Program-made: the position numbers and the translations under genes
From: Octopus bimaculoides
Lineage: Eukaryota
DNA length: 46,390 nt
Assembly (NCBI RefSeq): GCF_001194135.2
Contig: NC_068984.1
Location: 63,312,645-63,359,034 of the forward strand
Direction: 5' to 3'
In this document: piece after piece, positions 1-12,794 of the stretch
Numbering within the stretch: the first letter of the stretch is position 1
Layout of the letters: each line of letters starts with the position of its first letter
Notes under the pieces: model-generated
Told to the model about the DNA's origin: nothing
The model's input: only the letters and a program-made list of their open reading frames with translations
The model's database searches: none

Positions 1-490
1 ATATATATGTAACAAGTTATCAAAAACAAAATATGGACCATTTACATTCACACTTATGTTACGTGACCTTGATCTATCATTATTTGAAACATTTCGCATT
101 AATTGATATTGTAAATATTTTCTCATGTCGATAACATTTTTCGTTTCGAAAGAACTCATGTAACGTCTGAAAATGCTATTGAACATTGAGAAGCAGTTAT
201 TATTAGTAAACCTAGAGCATTACTTATTTTTGTATCCGATAAAAACTTTTCTATGACAAAAACAAGTTCATACACATACACACATATACACATGTACATG
301 TATACGGTCATACATTCAGACACCACACCAGCACTTATCAGCATTCATGGTACAAAGATGCACGCAAACGAACACACACGCGTATATCCTGGTGATTACA
401 ACACGTAAAACAATCCGTTAATTACAAAATATTCCCCCACTGAAATTAATTAACGTTAACTACTCAACAAAATACAGTTGAAGCATATTC

Positions 491-856
<366 letters not shown>

Positions 857-869
857 ACTTTTCTATTTG

Positions 870-1477
870 GCTGCAATTTAAAAATTTAGTGCATTGATGT
901 AATATTCCACGCTATCAGGAGCCAATCTACTATTTCCAGAAAAATTTAATAAAAACAAGTTACAGAGGTTTAACGTTTCATAATTCTTATCCAGTCATAA
1001 AACAGGATTTGGAATCTGTCAATTTGTGCGTGACAACACGTGTTGTCAACTGTAAACAAATGAAATATTGGCGGAATTCTACTGTACGCGCACTATATAA
1101 CCCTTCATAACTTTTTTATTTTTTTGAATTTTCGGAAGATGTTTGAAAAATGAATTTTACACACGGGAATTCAAAGTTTATTTAGCTATTATTTTTTAAC
1201 ACATCTCACAACCACCATTTAACGAGAGTAAAATGACCGTGTGAGTAAGCACCTTTGTAACAGCATGGTTTGTTACTGTGGAAACAGGCATGAATGTGCC
1301 TATGGCTTTCGATTGGCTAAAATTACCCACAATCTGTAAACCCTTTATTTATTGATGTATGGTGAAAATGAATTTCATGTCAATGATTACCTTACAAGAC
1401 TACACCAACACGCCAAATATGAAATCCATTGAAACAAAAATTTAAGAAATTGAAAAGTGGCAACCACACAGAAAGGA
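870..1477. mobile_element. Putative non-autonomous repeat embedded between (TAC)n tracts, family unassigned
   Basis: Complex sequence bounded by (TAC)n/(AAC)n on both sides. Contains a perfect 18-bp palindrome TGACAACACGTGTTGTCA at 1031-1048. The 3' part loosely resembles Helentron-associated/DINE-1-like elements as I recall them. Confidence 0.3.
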
Positions 1478-1521
1478 CTACTACTACAACAACAACAACT
1501 ACTANNNNNNNNNNAACAACA

Positions 1522-1558
<37 letters not shown>
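1478..1558. repeat. (TAC/AAC)n microsatellite with a 10-N gap
   Basis: Directly visible. Confidence 0.95.
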
Positions 1559-2156
1559 AAACATTTGAGTAGAATTTAATAACATTGAGCCTCTACAAAA
1601 CCAACAAATAATCAACCACACTTCTATTAAATCTTTCAACGTCTATTTTATGACGGGGATCCAACCCGAAGCGCAGTAATAAAGTCCAACCGCTTCGAGG
1701 TTCTGGATCAAGTTGTTCATGTAAATTTAACGACGTTTCAGGTTTCTTACCTAATTGTGAGATGTTGGTATGTAGTGGATGCGAGCTTCAAGAAACGGAT
1801 TCATTGGATCTGCACAATTTCTGCTTCGTCGAAGGAGATCTTGTCTCTTCTAATGAGGAAATGTAATCTACAGGAATAATATGCTACTCCTGTCCATATT
1901 AAGCTATTGGAAGGCCAACATCTTTCAACGCCCAACACTAACGGCTTTTCTACGAAGAACAACTGCTCGCCTTAAAACATCTGGAAAATTCGATCACACA
2001 AATACCTCCTTCAATTTTTAAACAGAAATTGTTTCCAGCTCATGTTCTGCCTTTCTATTTCATGAACTTACTTATTTAGACACATGAAAGACACCTCACT
2101 AAATAATCACGATTAAACAAACCCAGGACAGTCAAATAACGCTTGTGTGTGTATGA

Positions 2157-2167
2157 GGGAGAGAGAG

Positions 2168-2202
<35 letters not shown>

Positions 2203-2217
2203 AATAGATAGATAGAA
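2157..2217. repeat. (GA)n-(AAAG)n-(GATA)n compound microsatellite
   Basis: Directly visible. Confidence 0.95.
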
Positions 2218-4612
2218 GTAGTGTGACAGAGCGTGAGAGAGCACCATGGAGTTTTGGGAACATATTCGTATCAAAACTCTTGCTTTCAACTATCAGACAT
2301 GATCTTTTCTATTCAAATATTATCTTAGTTTTATCTACTGCGTTATTTTCAAATGCTTGCAGAAATCCTACCTCCGAAAATTTAAATCTTAGTCATTCTT
2401 ATTTTTAGCNNNNNNNNNNNNNNNNNNNNNNNNNNNNNNNNNNNNNNNNNNNNNNNNNNNNNNNNNNNNNNNNNNNNNNNNNNNNNNNNNNNNNNNNNNN
2501 NNNNNNNNNNNNNNNNNNNNNNNNNNNNNNNNNNNNNNNNNNNNNNNNNNNNNNNNNNNNNNNNNNNNNNNNNNNNNNNNNNNNNNNNNNNNNNNNNNNN
2601 NNNNNNNNNNNNNNNNNNNNNNNNNNNNNNNNNNNNNNNNNNNNNNNNNNNNNNNNNNNNNNNNNNNNNNNNNNNNNNNNNNNNNNNNNNNNNNNNNNNN
2701 NNNNNNNNNNNNNNNNNNNNNNNNNNNNNNNNNNNNNNNNNNNNNNNNNNNNNNNNNNNNNNNNNNNNNNNNNNNNNNNNNNNNNNNNNNNNNNNNNNNN
2801 NNNNNNNNNNNNNNNNNNNNNNNNNNNNNNNNNNNNNNNNNNNNNNNNNNNNNNNNNNNNNNNNNNNNNNNNNNNNNNNNNNNNNNNNNNNNNNTATATA
2901 TATATATATATATGTATGTGTGTGCATGTGTGTGTGTGTGTGCGCGCGTATTTGTGCAGTGTATATATAAGTTCATACTGAAATGTTCTACTTGCGTTAC
3001 TGTTTTTCATAATTTAATACACCTTCACCCGAACACACATTATCCATAAAAAACACACGTATCTATTATTGTATGCTTCACTTATGTATTCAGCTGATAT
3101 GAATTTCAAATCTTAATATTTTATATTCTATATTTTATTGAACTTGAAATATTTCCAGAATGTACATATAATGTATCCTGGTTTAAATTATCGTTTATAA
3201 TCGTAATTACCAATAAAATAGTTACTCTATGGAAATATTTGCATATTAATGCGATTAAGGATTTTGAAATAGTTACCAGAGGTTTTTAAATGATATTGTA
3301 TTGCACGTTTAAATGTGACTTCTAGATACGCCTAGATCACAGAAGAGATATGCATGCCTTAATTTGAGAAAGCCGAACAAAGCGTTATATTAATGTCTCA
3401 TAGTTCTACGCTTTCTTGTCATTTGTGTCCAGAAAAGCACTGCAATGAAAATAATTTGTCCTTATACTTTTAGCAGATAAATGTAAAAATACTGTTATTT
3501 TCTCAAATGGTAGACATAAATTTTTAATATGTAAAATCGATCTGAATGTTTGTGTAGAAAAGGAAAATTAAAATAAATAATTATGGATTATAATTGAATA
3601 TGTTCGTAATTAGATATTGAGACATTATAATAATAGTTAAAAATAACTAATCAAATTAAGTAGATTCCATTAATATTATATACATTACGCTGCGCTCGTT
3701 TGATTCTATACTATTATATAACTCATGTTTATATTAAATCCCGCTCGATTAAAGGGAATATTTATAAGTGTTGGATTGAAATTTATGTTTGCGAAGCGAC
3801 ATATATAGCAGAAATTATACACATTAATTTTGACTTAGTTCATAGATTAAAGGAACAAACTGACGGACTAACTTGTATACATGTTACATACAAACACATT
3901 TGAGATCTTCAGCAATATATTATTAAGAGAAGGGAATAAGGTATTAATTTTCCATTCGAATACAGGTTTAAAATATATTTTTTCACCAATAATATTACAT
4001 TTTAACAATTTTAAGAGTAAGAAATACAATTCCGATTTCTATGCATGAATATTCCTATTCCGTAAATACTTTGTTATGAAAAAGCTAATAGTATATAGAC
4101 AATTTCTTATTAAATATTCATAGTTAAAACAGAAATACGTACCGAACAGTGTGTTTTATTGCAGTGCAGATGTATTTACAAGTTACTAATAAGTAAAATA
4201 AAGAAGATTTTAGCAAAAGTACAATAAAGCAAACTCTATAATACACAACAATTATGAATGTGAATTAGATTTAGCATGATCTTGAAGTAAAAACAATTTA
4301 TTTTCTCATAAAATCTATTTGCTTTCTCTATACCAAACTAAATGTATTGAAAGTATTACTTTCTGTTATCAAGTATGTCTATAAGTAAGCTAAAATAATA
4401 TGGAAAAATATGAAGGAAGTGATCTTGATGCAGTAGTAGTTTATAATGAATATAAGCATATGTGATCGATAATTCATAAATGTGCTAATGCCAGGATCTA
4501 TATAGGAGGACAATTGATTAGTATAAGTTATTGTTTTTCTAATAGCGCAGGACTGAAAGACGAGAGGTACTTTTGTTAAAGTTTTATGACAAATTATATC
4601 ATTCTAAGAACC

Positions 4613-4700
4613 ATGTCGTCTGGGTTTGGTGAATTGCTTTTAACTTCTGTAACCTCAAAGGAGATTTGTGAAAAATCTCTGGAATATTTAACCATGATAG
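4613..4700 (+). CDS. Candidate coding exon MSSGFGELLLTSVTSKEICEKSLEYLTMI, product unknown
   Basis: Open frame from aaccATG at 4613 to the donor AG|GTAACT at 4700/4701 (phase 1). A 109-nt GT-AG intron follows and joins in frame to 4810-4861. No homologue recognised. Confidence 0.4.
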
Positions 4701-4809
4701 GTAACTTTATCTACAGGTGAAAATGTAATTATTACTGTAAAGCTAATTTACTGAAGTGCCTTTACTGTTATAAAACCTACTGTATTTTTCTTCATGTTTT
4801 TTTTCTCAG

Positions 4810-4861
4810 CTCTTAGTCGGAAAAGGTCAATAGTCCAGCCGCAGCCGCTTATTTCATTGAA
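4810..4861 (+). CDS. Candidate 52-nt coding exon (A)LSRKRSIVQPQPLISL, product unknown
   Basis: Strong acceptor tttttcttcatgttttttttctcag| and donor AA|GTATGT. Open in phase 1, compatible with the upstream exon. Confidence 0.45.
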
Positions 4862-5148
4862 GTATGTAGGACTACGATAATGACATCATAAAAAAAAATA
4901 GTGTGTGGTTCACTTGCTTGTGTAATAAGTGAAGAAGCCACAAAGAAACTGCTTTGTTGATCATAAGATTCAGTAGGGGCAGTTAGAACTAGCTCTTTTC
5001 AGTGAAGTATCTTCGTACTCGTCCCAATGCACGTACCCTTGTCTACTACAACAGAGCTTTATACAGTTTAAAATCTAATTTCGTAAACAGAGAATATCTA
5101 ACGTATTATGCGTTTAGCTGCCTTTTATAATCTATTCTGTTTTAGAAG

Positions 5149-5291
5149 GTATGTGTATGCATGCATGTATGTATGTATGTATGTATGTATGTATCTATGT
5201 ATATATGTATGTATGTATGTGTGTATGCATGCAAGTATGTATGTATGTATGTATGGATGGATGGATGTATGGATGGATGTATGTATGTATG
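5149..5291. repeat. (TATG)n/(GATG)n microsatellite
   Basis: Directly visible. It produces the YVCM/HTYI pseudo-ORFs. Confidence 0.95.
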
Positions 5292-5900
5292 AGTGAAAGA
5301 AAATAGGCGCATGTATTCTGTTTGCTGTAAAATTTAGATAATATTGATGTGTTCGCAATGTATTCGCACCGGTATGTCACTTCATCTATGATGAAGGAGT
5401 GATTTCGTACACTCCTCTGTTGCGTAACAAATGATTCTAATATGTATTTTGTAATCTTTTAAGGAATTTATATATCGCAACATAAGTGTACAGTAAAATA
5501 TGCAGTTGTGAAAAACATCAATTTTCTGGACCATTAACTTTATATCTTACAATTTATGTTATCCGTTCGATCGATTCCCGATACAATATCAGTTACTTTC
5601 TTTCTTGATATGCATGAGATTTCAAACTCAAATGTTCTTCTCTCTCTTTCTTTCTTTTCTTTCACACATACATACGTGTAAATATATATATATATACATA
5701 TATATATATTTATATATATANNNNNNNNNNNNNNNNNNNNNNNNNNNNNNNNNNNNNNNNNNNNNNNNNNNNNNNNNNNNNNNNNNNNNNNNNNNNNNNN
5801 NNNNNNNNNNNNNNNNNNNNNNNNNNNNNNNNNNNNNNNNNNNNNNNNNNNNNNNNNNNNNNNNNNNNCAGACAGGCAGATAGATAGATATGCATACAAA

Positions 5901-6116
5901 TTTCTTTCAAATTTGTCACAGGGACAGCTATTTCGGGTCGGGTCTGAGTCGATTACATCGATTCCAGTGCTCAACTGGCACTTATTTTATTAAATCTCGA
6001 AGTGATGAAAGGCAAAGTTCACCACGGCGGCATTTTAACTCAGAACGTATAGTCGGGAGAAATACTGCTAAGCAATTTTGTCTTGCGCGGTAATGATTCT
6101 GCCAACTCACCATCTT
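5901..6116 (-). mobile_element. tRNA-headed SINE, family A
   Basis: Reverse complement aligns by eye with the copy at 23954-24159, including the ...gagttaaaatgccgccgtggtgaactttgcctttcatc... core. Confidence 0.85.
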
Positions 6117-7373
6117 ATATCTACTCACATATAAATTAACAGAAAACTGAGACTATATTCGTATGGATGATATATAAATTACCTTCAATTCAAACTGTTA
6201 ATGCACTTTCGTTTAGCCTCGCAGAGTACATCTAATTGTATTAAACATACCAGTATACATTTGGTTTATAATATACATGAACATAGAGTGTGAGACATTA
6301 GTGTGATAATATGTCACCAGCTTACATGGAAATAAATAACCTCAGTGTCTGTCTGTTTTTCACAGCCTTTTCATAATTAGTCAGAATCTGTTTTCTATCT
6401 GTGTAGAATGAACGAAGTAGTTTTCTCCATTGAAACAACACTGACAAATAAAATAACCTGTACTAGCAGTTCTTAGGCTTGCTCTGTAGAAATAGCCATG
6501 AGGTTTATACAATGACATTTTTACAACGGATAACTTATTTCCGAAGAAGTAATGTTATATGGCTTAATAAATGGACAGGGCATACGCAGCTCATATGATA
6601 GTGTTTTTTTTTTTATATCGACAGAATTAAATTTGTGAACTATGTGTAAAGTTTATTCAGTGAATTGCTAGTTTTTATTAATACCGGAATGATGACAAAT
6701 ATAATGGAGTATAGTGGCAGTGAAACTCAGATGGAAGAGTAACGTATCTCAAATAGCCAAGCATTTACTTCATTATCCTATTCAGGCTTATATTTAACTG
6801 AGCAGAAATCTTTGCATGTTAGAAAGTTTAAGATGTTAACAACATTTCTTGTTGCTATTTCTCGTCTTTAGGCGAGAGAAGCGAAGTAGCTTTATTTGTT
6901 GGATGGAATACTTATTAATGTGTTCATTTGCTTAAATCTGTTAGATAGCACAACAACATTCAGCACAGATTTTGTATGAGTCATTGATCAGCTCTGATAG
7001 AATGGCGTAGGTTGAGGAAGGGATAATTTCCATTCAGTATGAGGCTAGTGCTACAAAGGCCATATCTCCAGTAGATATGGAGTCTATTATGAAATGTTAC
7101 GCAATAACAGATACGTAGATTCAGGGCAGTATAAATATTTTTTATGGAGATTAATAATGAAGATTCTAATTCTACGCCTTATAAGTATAGAAATCAAATC
7201 GCACTAAATTTATAGTCTACCGTCTTAAAGGAATAATACATCGGATAATATAGCTGCTAAATCAGCTAACAAAACTCAGAAAGTCCACAGCAGGAACACA
7301 TTTGATCATAACACTTCTGATCAAGGGTGGCTTTCAAATCTAAGGAAGAAAGGTCTAAAGAGATAAAACTGCA

Positions 7374-7374
<1 letters not shown>

Positions 7375-7420
<46 letters not shown>

Positions 7421-7450
7421 NNNNNNNNNNTCTAAATACCTGTCTATTTA

Positions 7451-7537
<87 letters not shown>

Positions 7538-7540
7538 GTC
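7375..7540. repeat. (CA)n, 10-N gap, then (TCTG)n(TCTA)n
   Basis: Directly visible. Confidence 0.95.
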
Positions 7541-7794
7541 AAAAGAAAATAAAGAAAATTCTTTAATACATCTTTAATGATAAGTTACACTTGTTTCGTA
7601 TCGTCTGCATTTGCAATGCCAGTTTACGCGAAAATTCTAAAAGAAAAAAATTGCGAAATATATGCGGTTCTAAGCATTCGATAGGCATTTCCTCTGACTT
7701 GCGTCAGAGTCATGCTTTCAGACCTTGTTATGAAATTATCGGGAAGAAATAAAAGGGAGAAAAAATAAAAGCGTATATATTTATTGTCAGCAGC

Positions 7795-7833
7795 GACCAT
7801 CACTATTTTGTCCTTGACAAAATAGTGATGGTC
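7795..7833. repeat. Perfect 18-bp inverted repeat with 3-nt loop
   Basis: GACCATCACTATTTTGTC-CTT-GACAAAATAGTGATGGTC. Confidence 0.95.
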
Positions 7834-8542
7834 TTCTTAAGGGATTCAAACATGACCCATATCTTATGTATGGTGAGCCGCCGTGTAGCGCTACTGGTCA
7901 TCGTACAATGTCGGGAATATGATAAGGAATTATGGTATCTCGGGTTGGCTTGCAACGCCACCTTATCTGATTTCTATGTTTGAAACGGAGATAAAAAAAC
8001 CCGAAATGCATGCTTCTCATCGTCTAGTCAAGTAGCGCTGCGGGATAATTCGGTGTATTTACAGTAATCCTTCGACCATCGCAAAGTAGAAACATTACTG
8101 TATATATTTTAAAATTATTTTTATAATTTTTACTGTTTGATTCTTTTCAGCCATGCGGCTCTGGTTATGCTGGAGCATCATTATAATCTTTCAAACTTCA
8201 TCAGACTGGATGTTTCACATCACCACTCCTGTATGTGCCCTTGTCCTAGCTGTTGATACATTTATTTCATTAGTAGCAGAGATACCCGGCATTGCTCGGG
8301 ATTAACATGGTATAGTATGTTTATATATATTACAGTTTTGTTGAAAAAGGTGATACGGGAAAGTGCAGCATTGACGACAAAACATTTGTAGAGTAAATGA
8401 TGGTCTAATTCGACTAATCGACATGTAATACATCCGTTTGGAGGATTCCATGCACTAACCTAGCGTGGAAAATTGGGGTGGGGTGTGTAATTCTTGAACC
8501 CACAGAAAAGCTGTCAGTGGATATACTCGCCTTTGAGTCGGT

Positions 8543-8763
8543 CATTTTCATCAAACTTCTTCATCAAAAAATTTCAACAAAATTTTCATAACAAATTTCA
8601 TCGAAAATTTTAATCAAAAATTTCAAAAATTTTCATCAAAACTTTTCTTCAAAAATTTTCATCAAAAATTTTCATCAACAATTTTCATTGAAAAATTTTC
8701 ATCAAAAATTTCATCAAAAATTTTCATCAAACATTTTCATCAAACATTTTCATCAAACATTTT
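8543..8763. repeat. Minisatellite, ~12-13-bp unit AAAAATTTTCATC, roughly 17-18 degenerate copies
   Basis: Directly visible tandem units (aaaaattttcatc, aaacattttcatc). Confidence 0.9.
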
Positions 8764-8776
8764 GTATGTATCTTTT

Positions 8777-9202
8777 GTCTTTTCTATGTTTCAATCATTA
8801 GAATACGGGCATGCTTAGTTAAGTCTTGAAGTATTTTAGCCGAACGAATCGACCGCAGTACTTATTGAGGCTGGTACTTATCTTATGGATCTCGTTTGCC
8901 GAACCGCCAGGTTATGGAGATATAAACTGCCAGTACCGGCTGTCAAGTGGTGGTGGAAGACAAACAGAGACACGCAAACATACACAAACAGACGCGCACG
9001 CTTGCACGCACACACGTACACACGCACAAACACACATATGTATATACGTCGGGCTTGTTGACTTTCCCCTGCACCTAATCTACTCACAAGGTTTTCATCG
9101 CTCATAGGCTACAGTAGAAGACAGTTGCCCAAGTTGCCACACAGTTACACTGAACCCGAAACCAAGTGGTTGGGAAGCAAACTTCTCACCACAGAGCCAT
9201 GC
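8777..9202 (-). mobile_element. Bipartite SINE, family B (tRNA-like head, internal microsatellite, tail), near full length
   Basis: Head 9045-9202 matches 12684-12794 and 16839-17005. Internal CA/TA tract at ~8975-9045. Tail 8777-8975 matches 16621-16820. Confidence 0.85.
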
Positions 9203-9260
9203 CAGAGCGCGCGCGCACTCACACACACACACATACAGATATAGATATGTACGTATACAG

Positions 9261-9261
<1 letters not shown>

Positions 9262-9338
<77 letters not shown>

Positions 9339-9355
9339 ATATATATATATATATA
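9262..9355. repeat. (TA)n microsatellite
   Basis: Directly visible. Confidence 0.95.
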
Positions 9356-10129
9356 CAAATATATATACACATAAATGTACATATATACACTCACACATGT
9401 TTTCTCGCATATGTGTACATATATTCTTATATTGTAGCTTAATTATAATAATTGGCTTGCGTAAATTTTTAGAGTCTTTTTAAGTTCTCAAGCAGATTTC
9501 AATACTTATTTGCGCTGAGAATTTTAATTGTTAAAATATATTGCAGTAAACGTTTTGTCTCTAATCACAAGCTACATACACATATCAAGTAATTTCAATA
9601 GCCCTTTTGTTGAATAAAATATACGCCAGGAATCTAATAATATTACAATGCAACAAACAATCGTTTATTGTTGAAATATTGGGAAATTTCTATCTGATAA
9701 TAAACTTGATATATAAAAATGCATCGTTGCGTGTATCAATGATGGCAATTCGACCGAAGTTTGCATTGGAAAATTATCAGGAAAATGCCTCCTTGTTGTT
9801 AGAGACCAAATTTAGAATTTTTTATTATGTTTGTCATAGTTTCCAAAATAATAAAATTTGTTCATTTTCTGATATAACATGCTTAAGCCGCATTCAATAC
9901 TGGCTATATTGGATAAAGTTAGAGGGAAATAGAATATAATAACGTTAATATCTGCATGCAATACAAATTACGAGAAACGAAGGATACAAGAGCTACCAGA
10001 TATGTATAAATTTCTAATTGAAATGTAATTCGCAAAACCACTCTGTGTGCTAATTAAAGATTTAAGAGGAGTTTAAAATTCAAATTTATGTTATTTACTT
10101 CCTCACAAATTGTCATAAGTTCTCCTAGT

Positions 10130-10187
<58 letters not shown>

Positions 10188-10606
10188 CAGGCACATAAAT
10201 ATATATACGCAGTCTTGTACAAGAGATAAGAGAGTTAAATTTATAACGTTGGTGTCTAATATAAAGAGAGTTATTCTGAATATAATGTTTGCCGTTGCTT
10301 CAAGTTTTACAAGTGTATAGCCAATCTGGTGAATAATTGCTTTGTAATGAAAATAAAATGCTTTAATCCAAGATTGCGTCACTGATTAATATTCGAATAA
10401 TTAAAATGTGAAACAATTTTCATAGTAATTTTCTTCTGGAAGGTGATAGTTTCGTCATAGGAATCTCCTTGCTTGATTTAGTAGCAAAATATGGAGGTAT
10501 TGGTTTCTTGAGCCATCTTGTGGCATGTGGACCGTATATGAAATGTATCTTATCACTGGATGTATTTGCGTTATAGAATAAGGTTTGCTTAAATCTTCAC
10601 TTATGT

Positions 10607-10835
10607 TTAACCCTTTGGCATTTAATATGATCATATCTGGCAAAAAATATTTCACCTATTTTATTGTCTAACTACACTGATCTAAACTTTCATGCATACC
10701 GTACAAAGTCATTCTAAAAATGTTCAACCGCATCATCCAAATATCAAAGCCACGAGATAATGCACGATTAATTCAAAGCATTGTGAATAGATAAGCATTA
10801 CATTTGATAGGGTATTCTGAATGTTGAAGAGTTAA
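10607..10835. mobile_element. piggyBac-like MITE (TTAA target site, CCCTTT-type termini)
   Basis: Begins TTAA-ccctttggcatt and ends aatgttgaagag-TTAA, i.e. degenerate terminal inverted repeats inside a TTAA duplication. No coding capacity. Confidence 0.7.
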
Positions 10836-11124
10836 ATATAAAATGGCTTCCTCTGCCAGAGTCTGCTGTAAATATATTCGAGTGAAATAGGCTTTGCATG
10901 AAACGCTCGGAAAGCAAAGACTGAAATTACAGTGATGATACATGAATAAAATAAATTTCACTGTATAAATGCACAAAAACATCTACTTATATAAACACAC
11001 TCACGAACATACACATGCATTCTTATACACACATGTTTACATATATATCTGCATATACATAATAACATCACTTATCAGATTATAGTTCTTATATTACATA
11101 GGAAAGCAATGCGTCATTAGCAAA

Positions 11125-11305
11125 TAATTCTTTCTATGAGTACACGGCCTTGAAACTTTTGAGAAGGGGCAAAACCAGTTCTCAACTGGTACTTCTTTTA
11201 TCGACTCCGAGAGGATGAAACGAAAAGTTCTCGCCGGAATGTGAACGTAAAACGTAAAGATGGACAGTATCCCGCCAAGCATTTTGTCCGGCATGCTATC
11301 ATTAG
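11125..11305 (-). mobile_element. SINE family A, diverged copy
   Basis: ctggtactt..ttatcgactccgagaggatgaaa..ccggaatgtgaac..aacgtaaaga..aagcattttgtccggcatgcta matches the antisense of 23954-24159. Confidence 0.8.
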
Positions 11306-12270
11306 CAAAAATGGTGTATGCTTCTATAACAAGTTTTCTACTCTCCATATGTCGAAATTTGAGTACCTACCAACAAAAAGGAGCATATTTAGTGGGATCT
11401 GTTTTTACCATATTTCCCTTTCTCTTAAGCATTTTCACTGCTAAAATAACCTTATCGTAGTAGGAGTTTTATCTATCTTTCTTTGACTGAATCATTTTAC
11501 CGTGTTTTAATCAGAGCTAGTTATGTCTATGCCTCTGTCATTGGTTACTTGATCGCGTTTCTTTCTTCATAGATATAATCATATCTAGTTTTTGACCGGA
11601 AAAATTCACTCATTGTATAAATTTCTAATCTTACTCTTGCATCTAAATTTAATATTTCTATTACGAAATGTGCGGGAAACAGCTGGAGAACAATGTCAAA
11701 TTGTAAAATAGATACTAAAACTTTAAGCATGCACCTTTCTTGTACTGAAAGTATTTTAACATTTATGAACGCTTTAAGCCTAAGCATAACGATTTATATT
11801 AATTTTGTATTAGTGAAACCCTTACAAAATTAATTGAGCACTTAATCATGATACATTTTATAAGCATGTAATCAACCACAGAAATATAATGTGGGGAGAG
11901 ATATTTGGAAGCATATTTCCAGAATGTAAATATTATGTCTATTAATCATTTCAAGTACTAGATTCTGCATGTAAAAACAACATCGTGAGACTAGGTTACT
12001 GTTTCATTTTATTAATTTTCTTTATCTAATTTAAATTGAAAAATCAATATAAATATATTCGTGGATAATTATGAAATTAAGAAACGCCAATATGGTTAAT
12101 AATTAAAGTGTTTTAATTATCACTGAAGGTCGTAAATGGGACTTAATTATTCTAAAATATCCACGTTTATATTCCTATATAACATATTTTCATATGGCCT
12201 TGTTACATGCTTCAACGTCTCTGTTATAATGAGACATTTTAAAATGAAATTTAGATCTTTTACTACGTAG

Positions 12271-12313
12271 GGAGTTATTTGAGGAATGTAGACATTTATT
12301 GTGTTCTTTCCGG
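12271..12313 (+). CDS. Candidate 43-nt exon (K)ELFEECRHLLCSFR
   Basis: Acceptor cttttactacgtag| and donor CGG|GTGAGA. Open in phase 2, which is the phase left by exon 4810-4861. The linkage is inference only. Confidence 0.25.
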
Positions 12314-12683
12314 GTGAGATTCAGGAGACAGAATCTATGTGGGAGCTTGTATGAACACTACTTCTGTCCAACCTTATTATGCAAACTCTGTATGAGTTTA
12401 GCTTAATGGCACAGGATTATGAGGTATACTCAGTCACATAAAACTTGAAACTGTCTGTATACGTTTGCAAGTTCTGTATACGTATGTCCATATGTTTGTA
12501 AAAGTACAAATGCAGAAGTTGAAAAATTTTAGTAACAAAATACAATGTAATCTGTTAGATATATTAGATTAGATCTGCTGATGTTGGTTTTACCAGAATT
12601 AGAATAATTTCTTCGATTGTCCTTTCCATTAAAATTCACGAAGGAAAAGAGAGAACCGTACATGTTAATGGATAGAGAGAAAT

Positions 12684-12794
12684 GGCTGTGTGGTAAGTAG
12701 CTTGATTACCAACCACATGGTTCCGGGTTCAGTCCCACTGCGTAGCACCTTGGGCAAGTGTCTTCTACTATAGCCTCGGGCCGACCAAAGCCTT
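12684..12794 (+). mobile_element. SINE family B head, running into a gap
   Basis: ggctgtgtggtaag..ggttccgggttcagtccc (A-box/B-box-like) then caccttgggcaagtgtcttc, which resembles the CORE-SINE motif. Confidence 0.9.

Noticed and set aside
8543-8763. Regular short repeats considered as a CRISPR-like array
   Set aside because: Units are contiguous with no unique spacers, there are no cas genes, and the context is eukaryotic.
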